From contig JAWARQ010000004.1 of NCBI GenBank assembly GCA_038893355.1, positions 1 to 64,000 of the forward strand: a DNA stretch of 64,000 nucleotides, given 5' to 3'. The notes under the pieces were generated by a model. It was not told where the DNA came from. It saw only the letters and a list, made by a program, of their open reading frames with translations, and searched no databases. Source of the DNA: Sulfolobaceae archaeon. Lineage in GTDB: Archaea; Thermoproteota; Thermoprotei_A; Sulfolobales; Sulfolobaceae. A program made the position numbers and the translations under genes. Positions 13,361-23,634 of this stretch are shown here, piece by piece; within the stretch, counting starts at the first letter, position 1, and each line of letters begins with the position of its first letter.

Positions 13361-13684
13361 ATGATATGGGAGAAGGTTAAGGCTCTGGAGGAAGAATTAC
13401 TTAGACTTAAATCTGAGAGAGAGAAAATTATAGAGGAACTGGGGAGTTTACCGAATGGTCATATTGATGTTAAGGTTATTAACGGTCATAAGTACTATTA
13501 TTTAAGATATTGGGAAGAGGGAAGGTTAAAGAGCAAGTATTTAGGTAAGGATGCAAGCGAGCTTATTCAAAAGCTAAATAGGGCTAACGAATTAAAGAGA
13601 AACCTATCGCTGATAAAGGAAAGAGAAAAGAAACTTGAAAAAATACTAGAGAAGATTAGTAAAGCGTTAGAAGAGTTTAAATAA
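13361..13684 (+). CDS. Small coiled-coil protein with a YYYL..W...KSKYLGK beta-hairpin module
   Basis: Starts 6 bp after cdc6-3; module resembles those in archaeal virus/plasmid proteins. Confidence 0.75.
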   Translation: MIWEKVKALEEELLRLKSEREKIIEELGSLPNGHIDVKVINGHKYYYLRYWEEGRLKSKYLGKDASELIQKLNRANELKRNLSLIKEREKKLEKILEKISKALEEFK

Positions 13685-13724
13685 ATAGATACTTTTTAAA
13701 CCTCGCTCTCTTATATTTTATATA

Positions 13725-14015
13725 ATGCTTGTTCAAAGATTTAACTATAGTCTAATTTTAATCTTATTGTTGATAATATTTACAATTCTAAGTATTTTCT
13801 ATTCTCCATTATTTTTATTACCAACATTAGGAATTTCTTTAGCTTTAATATTTAATGGTGAAAAAGGATTAATACCAATTTCATTAATTCTCTCACTAAT
13901 TCTCTTTCTTAATGAATCTATATTTTATACATATGCATTAATTATAATTTTGATATTCTTTATATACATATTATTTAGAAATATAAGATTGTTGTTTTTA
14001 TATAAGTACTCATAA
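13725..14015 (+). CDS. Small membrane protein
   Basis: Several hydrophobic segments; TATA-like TTTTTAAA upstream. Confidence 0.55.
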   Translation: MLVQRFNYSLILILLLIIFTILSIFYSPLFLLPTLGISLALIFNGEKGLIPISLILSLILFLNESIFYTYALIIILIFFIYILFRNIRLLFLYKYS

Positions 14016-14135
14016 TGCAATTATTACAAAATTTCTAACTGAATTTTTCTTTTAATTCTATTTCCATGATAATTCTAAACATTTTTACTAAGTAAAACTC
14101 TTTAGTATTAAGTAGATGGATGGGAAGTTCTATTT

Positions 14136-14393
14136 ATGCCTATTCTAAAATTAGAGGATATATTCTCGTCAAAGGGCTGGGATACGCGTAAAAGAATATT
14201 AGAAGAGCTCTTAAAATCACCAAGTACTGCATATTCACTATCTAGACGCCTGAATTTAAATTACTCCACAGTAAGATATCATTTATATTTATTGGAGAAG
14301 TTCGGTCTAGTAAAGAGTGAAAAAAACGGAAAAGGAGTTTATCGAATAACTAAGCAGGGAATACAATGGTTAAATATTTATAACAGAGAATAA
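14136..14393 (+). CDS. ArsR-type winged-helix regulator
   Basis: TRKRILEEL, AYSLSRRLNLNYSTVRYHL..LEKFGLV, YRITKQG. Confidence 0.85.
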   Translation: MPILKLEDIFSSKGWDTRKRILEELLKSPSTAYSLSRRLNLNYSTVRYHLYLLEKFGLVKSEKNGKGVYRITKQGIQWLNIYNRE

Positions 14394-14406
14394 ACGTTAA
14401 TATGAA

Positions 14407-15300
14407 GTGTCATCAGTAATTTTATTTTTAATATTATACGGAATAGCTATATTGATTGGAAAAATTTTCAAAATTAAAAATATTTCAATCATAATGAATT
14501 TTTCAGTTTATTTATTAATATTATTCCTCTCTTTATGGGCTGGGAGAGAAATAACTTCTTTTAGCGCAGTGTTCCATATTCTATTCCTTTCCATATTCTA
14601 TTCTATATTAATAATAATTGTTACATACTTAATAGGATTTATAATTCCCTTTAAAATTACTAAGAATTATTCAGTTTCATCAATAATTAGAAATTATAAT
14701 TTTTCAAATTTTTCATATTTATTTATATTAATTATTGGATGGGTTATTGGATATCTTTTTGAGTTTAATATAGAGTACTCATTACTTATAGATGTTTTAC
14801 TCTACCTACTAGCATTTGTAGCAGGGCTAAGTATTGGAGAGACTATAAATCTAAATCTTATTAAAAATAGTTTAGGAATTGGATTAAAAATAATATTTGT
14901 AGTCATTTTAAGTGATATAATATCATCAGTAATTTTATATTTTCTTAGTATTAGACCTTATTCTTTGTCCCTTTCAATTTGCTTAGGTAGTGGTTGGTAT
15001 ACTTATACAGGTTCAATAATAGCTTCATATTATGGAAGTTATTACGGTACTTTAGCCTTCTTAATAAACTTTTTTAGAGAACAGTTTACCTTTATATTAG
15101 TACCTATTCTATTCAGAGTATATCCTAATCCTATATCGATTATTGCAATAGGTGGTGCTACTTCAATGGATACAACTTTAGGTTTATATTCATTAGTGTT
15201 AGGACCTGCTAATTCGATCAGTGCCCTAATTAGTGGGGTTTTACTTACAGCAATAATTCCGATAGTTATTCCATTAGCAATCTATTTAGTTCCGATGTAG
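14407..15300 (+). CDS. LysO/DUF340-family amino-acid exporter
   Basis: GSGWYTY, NFFRE, GGATSMDTTL motifs; multi-TM. Confidence 0.85.
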   Translation: MSSVILFLILYGIAILIGKIFKIKNISIIMNFSVYLLILFLSLWAGREITSFSAVFHILFLSIFYSILIIIVTYLIGFIIPFKITKNYSVSSIIRNYNFSNFSYLFILIIGWVIGYLFEFNIEYSLLIDVLLYLLAFVAGLSIGETINLNLIKNSLGIGLKIIFVVILSDIISSVILYFLSIRPYSLSLSICLGSGWYTYTGSIIASYYGSYYGTLAFLINFFREQFTFILVPILFRVYPNPISIIAIGGATSMDTTLGLYSLVLGPANSISALISGVLLTAIIPIVIPLAIYLVPM

Positions 15301-15342
15301 TAATTGACTAAATTTAAATTCGTCATGTAATATGAATGTATA

Positions 15343-17691
15343 ATGATTAGCATAGATAGATATGAGATCTTCTTAGATATAGATTATAAGGGACTTAAGT
15401 ATAAGGGTAAGGAGAAAATATATTTGGAATCTGATCAAGAGATTATTGAAATAAATTCTGTTGGTCTAAATATAATTAATGTTTCTTTAAATGGTAAAGA
15501 AGTGCAATATAAGCAAGATAATAATAAAATTATTATAACTAATAGAGAAAAAATAAATGGATGGATAGAAATAGAGTTTTCTGGTGAAATTCCTGAGAGG
15601 CTTACTGGAATATATAAGGCCGAGTATGAAAGCGGATACATTATAACTACACAGTTTGAGTCTATTCACGCTAGAGAATTTATACCTTGTATAGATAATC
15701 CTTCTTATAAAGCAGAATTTGAGTTAGTAGTAAGGGTAGATAAGGATCTTGACGTGATATTTAACACACCTCCGATAGAAGTTAAATATGAGGGTGATAA
15801 AAAGATTATAAAGTTTGAAAGAACTCCTAGAATGTCAACTTATTTGTTGTATTTAGGTATAGGAAAATTTGAGGAGATATCAGATAGGTTAGATAATATT
15901 AACCTTTACTTAGCTACAACACCGGGTAAATCAAATAAGGGAAAATTTGGATTAGAAGTTGCAAAGAGGGTGCTTAAATTTTATGAAGGCTATTTTGAAA
16001 TACCATACAAACTTCCTAAACTTCATCTCATAGCGGTTCCGCAGTTTGCTTTTGGTGCAATGGAAAATTGGGGTGCAATTACTTTTAGAGAAACTGCATT
16101 GTTGGCTGATGAAAAATCAAGCCTTAGGCAAAGGCAAAGTGTTGCTATAGTGATAGCTCATGAAATAGCACATCAATGGTTCGGAAACTTAGTTACTATG
16201 AAATGGTGGGATGATTTATGGCTAAATGAGAGTTTTGCAACAATAATGAGTTATAAGGCGGTTGATAATTTGTACAAAGACTGGTTAGTATATATTGACT
16301 TCCTTAGGGGTGAAATGGATCCAGCGATGACAAAGGATTCTTTGTCTACTACTCATCCTATTCATGCAGTTATAAATAATGAAGAGGAAGTAGAGCAAAT
16401 ATTTGATGATATAAGTTATGGAAAGGGTGCTAATGTATTAAGAATGATAGAAGCCTATGTAGGTGAGGAGAAGTTTAGAAAGGGGATCTCATCTTACTTA
16501 AAGAAGTTTTCCTACTCTAATGCTACTGCTCAAGACTTTTGGAATAGTATTCAAGAAATTTCAGGTGAAAAAGTATCTGATATAATAAGAGAATGGATAA
16601 CTAAAAAAGGTTATCCTATGATTTATGCTTCAATAAAGGGTAATTGTATTGAATTAAGGCAAGAGAGATTTATGCTATATGCTAGTGAAAATGAGTTATA
16701 TCCTATACCAATTACCTTAGCAGTAAATGGTAAGAATTATACTTTTCTATTAAATAAGGAGCAGGATAGATTATGTCTGAACGAGGAGGTAAAAAGGTTA
16801 AAAATTAATTTGAATAGAACTGGATTTTATAGAGTTTATTACGAAAATTCTGAATATATTGATTTTAATGATCTTAATCAATATGAAGGATGGGGGATAA
16901 TTAATGACTATTTCAACTTTTATTTAGCTAATAAAATATCATTTAAAGTATATCAACAAATTATAGATAAATTTATTGATAGAAATGAACCTTTAATAGT
17001 CTTAGGTATATCTGATAACTTATCCTTACTATGGTCAATAAATCGTAATAAATATGGTGATTTGGCTAAAAACTATCATGAGAGAAAGTTAAAGGAGTAT
17101 TCTATCTATACTAATGAAATAGGTAAAAAAGTTTATGGAATTTTAGCAGAGAGATTAGCTAGAATTGATGAGGCTTATTCGCTAGGGTTATCAGAACTCT
17201 TTAAAGAGTATCATAATATAGATCCGAATATGAAAGATGCAGTAACAGTAGCCTTCGCAATAGCTTATGGTCATGAGGCATATGACATTCTTTTGGAGAG
17301 GTATAGGAAAGAAAAGTTTGATGAGGATAAGTTAATTATTTTAAAAGGCATGTTATGGTTTAGAGACGCTGGTTTAGTTTCAGATACATTAAGCCTAGCA
17401 TTAACGAAAGAGATAAAAAGGCAAGATGTTGCAAGGATGATACCTATTGTAGCATCGAATCCTTTTGCAAGAAGGAGTTCATGGAAGTGGTTAAAGACTA
17501 ATATTGAATTCATTAGGTCTTTATACAAGGGAGTTGGTACTTTAGGAAGAATGTTAGAGGTTAGTATTCCATTATTTGGTTTAGAGAATCCAGATGTTGA
17601 AAAATTCTTTAGCGAGTATAATATTCCTGAAGCTTCTATTGGTATAAGAAGTGGTTTGGAGTTACTGAAAGTTTTTAAAAGGATATACTAA
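15343..17691 (+). CDS. M1-family aminopeptidase (tricorn-interacting factor F2/F3-like)
   Basis: TTQFE, GAMENWG, HEIAHQW-x-E zinc motif, ISYGKG. Confidence 0.95.
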   Translation: MISIDRYEIFLDIDYKGLKYKGKEKIYLESDQEIIEINSVGLNIINVSLNGKEVQYKQDNNKIIITNREKINGWIEIEFSGEIPERLTGIYKAEYESGYIITTQFESIHAREFIPCIDNPSYKAEFELVVRVDKDLDVIFNTPPIEVKYEGDKKIIKFERTPRMSTYLLYLGIGKFEEISDRLDNINLYLATTPGKSNKGKFGLEVAKRVLKFYEGYFEIPYKLPKLHLIAVPQFAFGAMENWGAITFRETALLADEKSSLRQRQSVAIVIAHEIAHQWFGNLVTMKWWDDLWLNESFATIMSYKAVDNLYKDWLVYIDFLRGEMDPAMTKDSLSTTHPIHAVINNEEEVEQIFDDISYGKGANVLRMIEAYVGEEKFRKGISSYLKKFSYSNATAQDFWNSIQEISGEKVSDIIREWITKKGYPMIYASIKGNCIELRQERFMLYASENELYPIPITLAVNGKNYTFLLNKEQDRLCLNEEVKRLKINLNRTGFYRVYYENSEYIDFNDLNQYEGWGIINDYFNFYLANKISFKVYQQIIDKFIDRNEPLIVLGISDNLSLLWSINRNKYGDLAKNYHERKLKEYSIYTNEIGKKVYGILAERLARIDEAYSLGLSELFKEYHNIDPNMKDAVTVAFAIAYGHEAYDILLERYRKEKFDEDKLIILKGMLWFRDAGLVSDTLSLALTKEIKRQDVARMIPIVASNPFARRSSWKWLKTNIEFIRSLYKGVGTLGRMLEVSIPLFGLENPDVEKFFSEYNIPEASIGIRSGLELLKVFKRIY

Positions 17692-17708
17692 CTAAATTAA
17701 ATAATATA

Positions 17709-18821
17709 TTATTTTTTCTTTAATATTAAAATAGTTAATAATGCAGCGGTTATTGACGCTGAGAGGGAGTACATGTAAGCGTAAAATTGACTTGTTTCAA
17801 ATAAAACTCCCATTAGAACGTTAGATATAAATAATCCTATACTACGACCAGCACTTACTAGTCCCATTGCAGTTCCCATATCCTCTATTTTAGATAAGGT
17901 AGCAACGAGATACGGTTCTAAAGTTTCAATAACTCCTGTTGATAGACCTAAGAAGAAGGCACCTAAATACAATAATTCAACTGTAGTTGAAGTAGCCATA
18001 AGTATGCTCCCAACTGCTGAAAATCCGTACCCTAAAATTGCTAGAGTATTAACGCCAGTCCAGGTAAATTTAGAGATAATTATTCCAGACGTTGCCGAAA
18101 TTGTTAGGAAAATTCCATAAGATACTATCGATATTATATCAGAGTTAGATCTTGTAAATATTGTTAATATCGGGAATCCAAAGCTAAATGAGGTTATCCC
18201 AAACAGTGAAGAAGCAATACTTAGTACTAAAACTTTTGAGCTTATTCCTTTAGACCTAACTTTTATCTCAACTTTATTACCAGCTCTTACTAATATGAGA
18301 AAGACGGTTGATATGATAAAGAATGGTATAGATACTAAGTAGATCTCCTTAAAGGATAATCCAAGATTTAATAAGATTACCATTATTCCTACGGAAGCTA
18401 CCCCTCCACCTATATCAAGAGCATGAAGTATACCAAATGCTAACTTTAGTTCACTAGAACTACTTACCTCACTTAGCATTGCTCTTCTGGGTGGTGTCCT
18501 AAAGTTTCTCATCCACCAACCTAATATGAATAGCAGTGGAGTTAGTATTTCAGAGTAAGGTAAAGCAGAAATGGACATAAGGATCATTAGTGAGTTTCCT
18601 ATAATAGCTATTTTCTTTCTACCATAACGATCTCCTAAAAGTCCACCTAGAAATCCAAATAATGCACCTAAACCGTAGCTTAGTGCCTCTATTATCCCGT
18701 ATACAGTATATGAAACATTAAGCTGTATAACTATTAATAATGGGAATAATGAGATTAAACCTTGATAACCTAAATCTGCAAATAATGCTGAAAGCGATAT
18801 TTTGATTACTTCTTTATTCAT
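17709..18821 (-). CDS. MFS transporter
   Basis: Motif A GLLGDRYGRK, FRTPPRRAM, about 12 TM segments. Confidence 0.9.
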   Translation of the reverse strand: MNKEVIKISLSALFADLGYQGLISLFPLLIVIQLNVSYTVYGIIEALSYGLGALFGFLGGLLGDRYGRKKIAIIGNSLMILMSISALPYSEILTPLLFILGWWMRNFRTPPRRAMLSEVSSSSELKLAFGILHALDIGGGVASVGIMVILLNLGLSFKEIYLVSIPFFIISTVFLILVRAGNKVEIKVRSKGISSKVLVLSIASSLFGITSFSFGFPILTIFTRSNSDIISIVSYGIFLTISATSGIIISKFTWTGVNTLAILGYGFSAVGSILMATSTTVELLYLGAFFLGLSTGVIETLEPYLVATLSKIEDMGTAMGLVSAGRSIGLFISNVLMGVLFETSQFYAYMYSLSASITAALLTILILKKK

Positions 18822-18842
18822 TATCGTTATAATAATTCTAGA

Positions 18843-21680
18843 TTATTTAAGAATAACTACGGAAGGATACATAGGTAAGGCCTGACCTTTCATTCCTTTT
18901 ATATCTGGTGCAGTAGGATCGGACGATTTATAAATTCTTATTTCCTCAATATTCAGTTTATTTATTAAATAATATGCATACTCACTTAATGTTTCCGATT
19001 CTTCAATTTTTACTCCTTTTTTAATTAATTCTTTAATATATTGTGGTAATTTGTTGGCAACTTCAAATAGTTGTTTAAGGCGTTCTTCATTTCCCCTCTC
19101 TGAGTCTATAAATTCTCTCAATGTTAATCTTTTCTCTACTGCAATAATCGCCTTCTTTAAGACTTCTGTCTCCATCTCATCATCGTTAACGTAAATTACT
19201 ATACTATCGGCCTTTCTCTTTAATTCATCCTCTACCTCCTTAATTCTATTTATTATGTATTTTATATATTCTATTTTATATAATGCTATTTCATCTTGTA
19301 ATAACTCATTCTCGTCCGGGAATTTTGAATTAACTACTAAGCTTTCATGAGTCAAGTGCCATAGTTCTTCTGCAAGGTGAGGCACTATTGGAGAGAATAA
19401 TATTATCCAATTTTCGATTATTTTTCTTATTATTTTATAATTTGGTTTTCCATTTGTTAATTCCAAGTAATCCTTTATATCGTTATATATTTCATAAAAT
19501 AATTTGTTTGATAATTCCCTTAATTTAAAATTCTCATAAAGCTCTCTTATTATCCTAATATACATCCGCATTTTAGTGGAAATCCATAGATCTGCTGTTG
19601 TTAAATCTGATACTCCTTGCACCTTTAAGGAATATGTTATAATATCCCTAATTTTTAATAATTGTTCCCTTATTCCCTTTACATTACCTTCATCAAATTC
19701 ATTATCGTAATATAAATCACTTGTTGTTGCTAATGCAACTCTTATTGGATCTACACCATGTTCTCTTATTGCCTTATCTAAAGGATATATATTCCTAAAG
19801 CTTTTACTCATTTTCTTTCCTCCAACTTTTACAAATCCATTAACTACTATACTTCTAGGTAAATTATTTTCTCCCAATAGTTCTATATGATTATAAAGAT
19901 AATAGGGTATGTGATTATATAATAAATCCTTTCCAGTATGCCTACTATCAACTGGATACCAATATTTAAATTCATTCTTTATTTCGATAAGGGTTTGAAT
20001 ATTTATATTATTTTCTATTGCAACTTTTTCTGGATTTCCTATATCTAAAAGAATGTAATCCCAAAAGCTATCGCTTAACTTCATTCCCCTTATTTTATGA
20101 ATTATTGTATATAATACAGTATAAATTGTAGAATCGCTTAGACTATCAATTATTTGAGTACTATCCCATGGTAATGGAACACCTAATCCCCTCGATCTTG
20201 TGAATGCCCTCTTCTTAAGATCAAAGATAACTCTTTCTACTTCTTTCTTAGAATCTGGTGGCATAAAATCTATCTTATTGAGAGATTTTAAGACCTTACT
20301 TTTCCACTCTGGTATCTCGTAGTCTATAAATGGTTGATCATGAATAACTTTAACTACTATTTCACTACCACATCTGCAAAATATAGGTCCATTATATATT
20401 TCAAATATTTGTAAATAAGTTCCTAGTCTTTTTAATAATTCTCTTACTGTCTGTCTAGCATCTGGAACCCTTTTACCCACTATATTCCTCCTTACAAAAT
20501 CTTTTAGATAATGAGGAACTTTTTCTACTACATCTTCCCTTATTGTACCCTTATGGAATTCAATCCTATATAGCGTATCAATGTATTCTTTTAATTCTGC
20601 AGGATTCTTCGTCCTAGATAAGTCAAAGTAGTAAACACCAGGTAATTCTGGGAGTTCTGGAGTAGAGATTACGGGTATTAATTCAAATTCTATTGACTTT
20701 TCTGCTAGTGCCATAAAGTGGATTGGTTCATGAGAAGGAACTGCCATAACTACTCCTGTACCAAATTTAGGATCTACTAGCTTAGTGCATACTACCTTTA
20801 ACTCTGTATTAGTTACGGGATTTTTTGCTGTATAATTCTCAAGATCTTTACAACTGAATTTACTAATTCTAGTTAAATTCAATTGATGCATTAATTTTTC
20901 AGTAGCTTTAGATGAGATTATTAACTTTTTATCATTTATTCTTACAAGTTCGTATTCAGCTTCAGTATTTAACAGTATAGCTACTGCACCGAAAATAGTT
21001 TCAGGTCTTATGGTAGCTGCGGCAAAATAAAAGTCACTAGACTCAAATAAAATTACATCAAGGCTTTCTATTTCTGGTTCCACATCACCTCTAGTATCAT
21101 GCATTCCTACTGGAAAATTATCATTCGGGCAATATCCTACTGGACTGGTTTGAGTTATAATTTTATTCTTTTCTTTTAGTTTTTTAAATTGCCATTGTAT
21201 TAAGGAAATAAATTCTTCATCTATAGTAGTAAATTCTCTTCTCCAATCGATGCTTAATCCCACTGCCCTTGCTGTTTTTTTCATTTCTTGTCTAAAATAT
21301 TCTGCTAAAATTAATGGATTTTTAAATTCTTTAATTTTTTCTTCATTAATATTATAAATATTTTTAAATGTCTCTATAATTTCTCTATCTCCTCTTTCTA
21401 TAGCTTCAGAAATTGATAAAATTGGTGTTCCAGTAAACTGAAATGCAAAAGGGAATAGCACGTTATAACCATTTAGCCTCTTATATCTTGCATAAATATC
21501 TGCTATAATATAAGTTCGTCCATGACCTATGTGTAGAGGGCTATTAGTGTATGGAAATGCTACTGTAATAAAGAACTTTCTCCTATTAATATCTGGATTT
21601 GCTTCAAATACCTTATTCCTCTCCCACTCTTCTTGCCATTTACTTGCTATTGAATTAAAGTATTCTACTGAGCTACTCAC
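18843..21680 (-). CDS. leuS: Leucyl-tRNA synthetase paralog, LeuRS-I type
   Basis: HIGH and KMSKS intact; CP1 editing motif reads GTGVVMAVPSHEPIHF instead of ...VPAHAPxDY. Confidence 0.92.
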   Translation of the reverse strand: MSSSVEYFNSIASKWQEEWERNKVFEANPDINRRKFFITVAFPYTNSPLHIGHGRTYIIADIYARYKRLNGYNVLFPFAFQFTGTPILSISEAIERGDREIIETFKNIYNINEEKIKEFKNPLILAEYFRQEMKKTARAVGLSIDWRREFTTIDEEFISLIQWQFKKLKEKNKIITQTSPVGYCPNDNFPVGMHDTRGDVEPEIESLDVILFESSDFYFAAATIRPETIFGAVAILLNTEAEYELVRINDKKLIISSKATEKLMHQLNLTRISKFSCKDLENYTAKNPVTNTELKVVCTKLVDPKFGTGVVMAVPSHEPIHFMALAEKSIEFELIPVISTPELPELPGVYYFDLSRTKNPAELKEYIDTLYRIEFHKGTIREDVVEKVPHYLKDFVRRNIVGKRVPDARQTVRELLKRLGTYLQIFEIYNGPIFCRCGSEIVVKVIHDQPFIDYEIPEWKSKVLKSLNKIDFMPPDSKKEVERVIFDLKKRAFTRSRGLGVPLPWDSTQIIDSLSDSTIYTVLYTIIHKIRGMKLSDSFWDYILLDIGNPEKVAIENNINIQTLIEIKNEFKYWYPVDSRHTGKDLLYNHIPYYLYNHIELLGENNLPRSIVVNGFVKVGGKKMSKSFRNIYPLDKAIREHGVDPIRVALATTSDLYYDNEFDEGNVKGIREQLLKIRDIITYSLKVQGVSDLTTADLWISTKMRMYIRIIRELYENFKLRELSNKLFYEIYNDIKDYLELTNGKPNYKIIRKIIENWIILFSPIVPHLAEELWHLTHESLVVNSKFPDENELLQDEIALYKIEYIKYIINRIKEVEDELKRKADSIVIYVNDDEMETEVLKKAIIAVEKRLTLREFIDSERGNEERLKQLFEVANKLPQYIKELIKKGVKIEESETLSEYAYYLINKLNIEEIRIYKSSDPTAPDIKGMKGQALPMYPSVVILK

Positions 21681-21723
21681 GATTAATAATCGATTTTTAA
21701 GGAATATAAAGAAAACTTCTATG

Positions 21724-22782
21724 CTAAGGTATTACTTCAGTGGAATCTAGTATAGGATCATATTTTAAAGACTCTTTAGATATGATACCTTTCTTTATTA
21801 ACTCCTCCAATTTGGGAATTATACCTAGTACTTCTCTAATGAAAGATTTAGTAACGTAATCTATCTCTAGAAATCCCTCCTTACCCCAGTTTCTCTCTAT
21901 CATAAAGTATAAACATCTCCCACCGCAGTATCTGTAAAATTCACAGTTAATACATTCAGGGAAAACTATTTTCTCATGCAATACTAATCCAGAATCTAAA
22001 TTACCGATGTTAGCCCATTTTTCATAAACTGCTATAGGACATGATAGAATTCTTCCATCTGGTGTTACAGCAACACTTCTATATCCTGCACCACATGGTG
22101 GGCCGTTATAACCATTAAAGAAATATGCAGAAATTATGCCTAAAAAAGGAATTATTTTTAATACTGAACCATTCTTTATTTCATCTAAAAATAATTGCAA
22201 TAACTTTCTTACGCCTGGAAGATAATTGTTATCAGCCCAACTTTTTAAATCCCATCGTTCTGTCCAGTCAACATTTAATTGCCAATGAATTTTATCAAAA
22301 ATTTTTAGAGAGAGAAGATGAGTTACTTCTTGAAATATATCACTATCTTTAGTAACGGTCATTCTTGCAATTAATTCTATATTACTAAATCTCTTTAAGT
22401 ACTTGGCAGAGTTGATTACAGACTTGTAGACACCCTTACCTCTATACTTATCAGTTATCTCCTCCCTTCCATCTATGGATAATAGCACTACATTAAATCT
22501 TTTCCAGTACTCACTAGGCAGAAGCTTTATATTGAGTCCATTCGTTTGTATACCCCATCTTTTAGCTTCAATATTATCCATAACATTCATAATGAATCTG
22601 TAATTTAACAGTGGTTCTCCACCATAAAAGAATATTATAGGGTCAGGATCTTTTTTGATAATCTGCTTTAGGGAGTCTATTGAATACTTTATACTCCATG
22701 GTACTACATTTTTATCAAATGACCCTCCGCAGTACTTACACGTGAGGTTACACTTGCCCGTAGTAATTATAAACCACAACAT
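21724..22782 (-). CDS. Radical SAM/SPASM protein, AF0577 (TIGR04084)-like
   Basis: [26 protein letters not shown]...CP, CINC-x5-CGGRC, C-terminal TEVIP. Confidence 0.88.
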   Translation of the reverse strand: MLWFIITTGKCNLTCKYCGGSFDKNVVPWSIKYSIDSLKQIIKKDPDPIIFFYGGEPLLNYRFIMNVMDNIEAKRWGIQTNGLNIKLLPSEYWKRFNVVLLSIDGREEITDKYRGKGVYKSVINSAKYLKRFSNIELIARMTVTKDSDIFQEVTHLLSLKIFDKIHWQLNVDWTERWDLKSWADNNYLPGVRKLLQLFLDEIKNGSVLKIIPFLGIISAYFFNGYNGPPCGAGYRSVAVTPDGRILSCPIAVYEKWANIGNLDSGLVLHEKIVFPECINCEFYRYCGGRCLYFMIERNWGKEGFLEIDYVTKSFIREVLGIIPKLEELIKKGIISKESLKYDPILDSTEVIP

Positions 22783-22787
22783 ATATA

Positions 22788-23399
22788 TTATCCTCTTTTC
22801 CTCTCATGTAATGATAAAACAGGATTAATTAAGTCTTCTAGATTTTGAATAATTAAATCCTCTTGTTCTCTTTTTATTCTATTATAAATTCGTAGGACTT
22901 CTAAAATTAGCTTAAATCCTCTTATTACCTCATTTTTATCCCTAATATCCCCTATTCTTACAGCTAATTCAAATTCACAATCATCCATTTGCTTAAGTAA
23001 GATTCCATACTTGTTTAAACTTTCGCTTATAATATCAATTCCATGGAAATAGTTTATTTTATACTCTCTTCCAAGTATTAATAAATTATTAACAAATTTG
23101 AAAGTTAAGGAGGATAGCCAGATATAGGGAATATTTATTACTTCTCTATAATTATCAAACTCTCTTATTTTTTCTGAAAAAATATTAAGGAATGATTTGT
23201 TTAAATTTTTTATGGGGTACAAAAGTATCGAATAACTATCAAATTCCTTTCCTATCATTTCATGAGGATTTCCAATTAAGTACCAGTTCTCGAATTTTTC
23301 TGATCTATATTTATTTAAAATGGTTCTAAAGGAATTCTTATCAAAAAATATTTCAATGTATACTGCACTATCAGACCCAGTTTCGTAATCATTATTCAT
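22788..23399 (-). CDS. Hypothetical protein; start uncertain because the annotated ATG lies inside the sRNA
   Basis: 203-aa ORF ending 5 bp before the radical SAM gene. Confidence 0.65.
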   Translation of the reverse strand: MNNDYETGSDSAVYIEIFFDKNSFRTILNKYRSEKFENWYLIGNPHEMIGKEFDSYSILLYPIKNLNKSFLNIFSEKIREFDNYREVINIPYIWLSSLTFKFVNNLLILGREYKINYFHGIDIISESLNKYGILLKQMDDCEFELAVRIGDIRDKNEVIRGFKLILEVLRIYNRIKREQEDLIIQNLEDLINPVLSLHERKRG

Positions 23400-23420
23400 T
23401 AGTGCCCGGCCTCATCATAT
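23369..23420 (-). ncRNA. Box C/D guide sRNA
   Basis: Minus strand: C ATGATGA - GGCCGGGCACTA - D' ATGA - ata - C' ATGATTA - CGAAACTGGGT - D CTGA; GC-rich guides of 12 and 11 nt. Confidence 0.85.
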
Positions 23421-23634
23421 TTTTACTTACATAACCCTTAACTATCTAATAACTTTTCCCACTTTTAATACATAAATCTTATAGAGGCATTAGCTACTAA
23501 ATTCTATATTTAATAAAAAATAATTGTTTATATAAAATCTTAATAGGTTGATATATGTATTTTATACACTAGAAGGTTTTTCTCTTTTTCATATTTAGCT
23601 GAATTTAAATATACTTTAGGAATAATTTTATATA

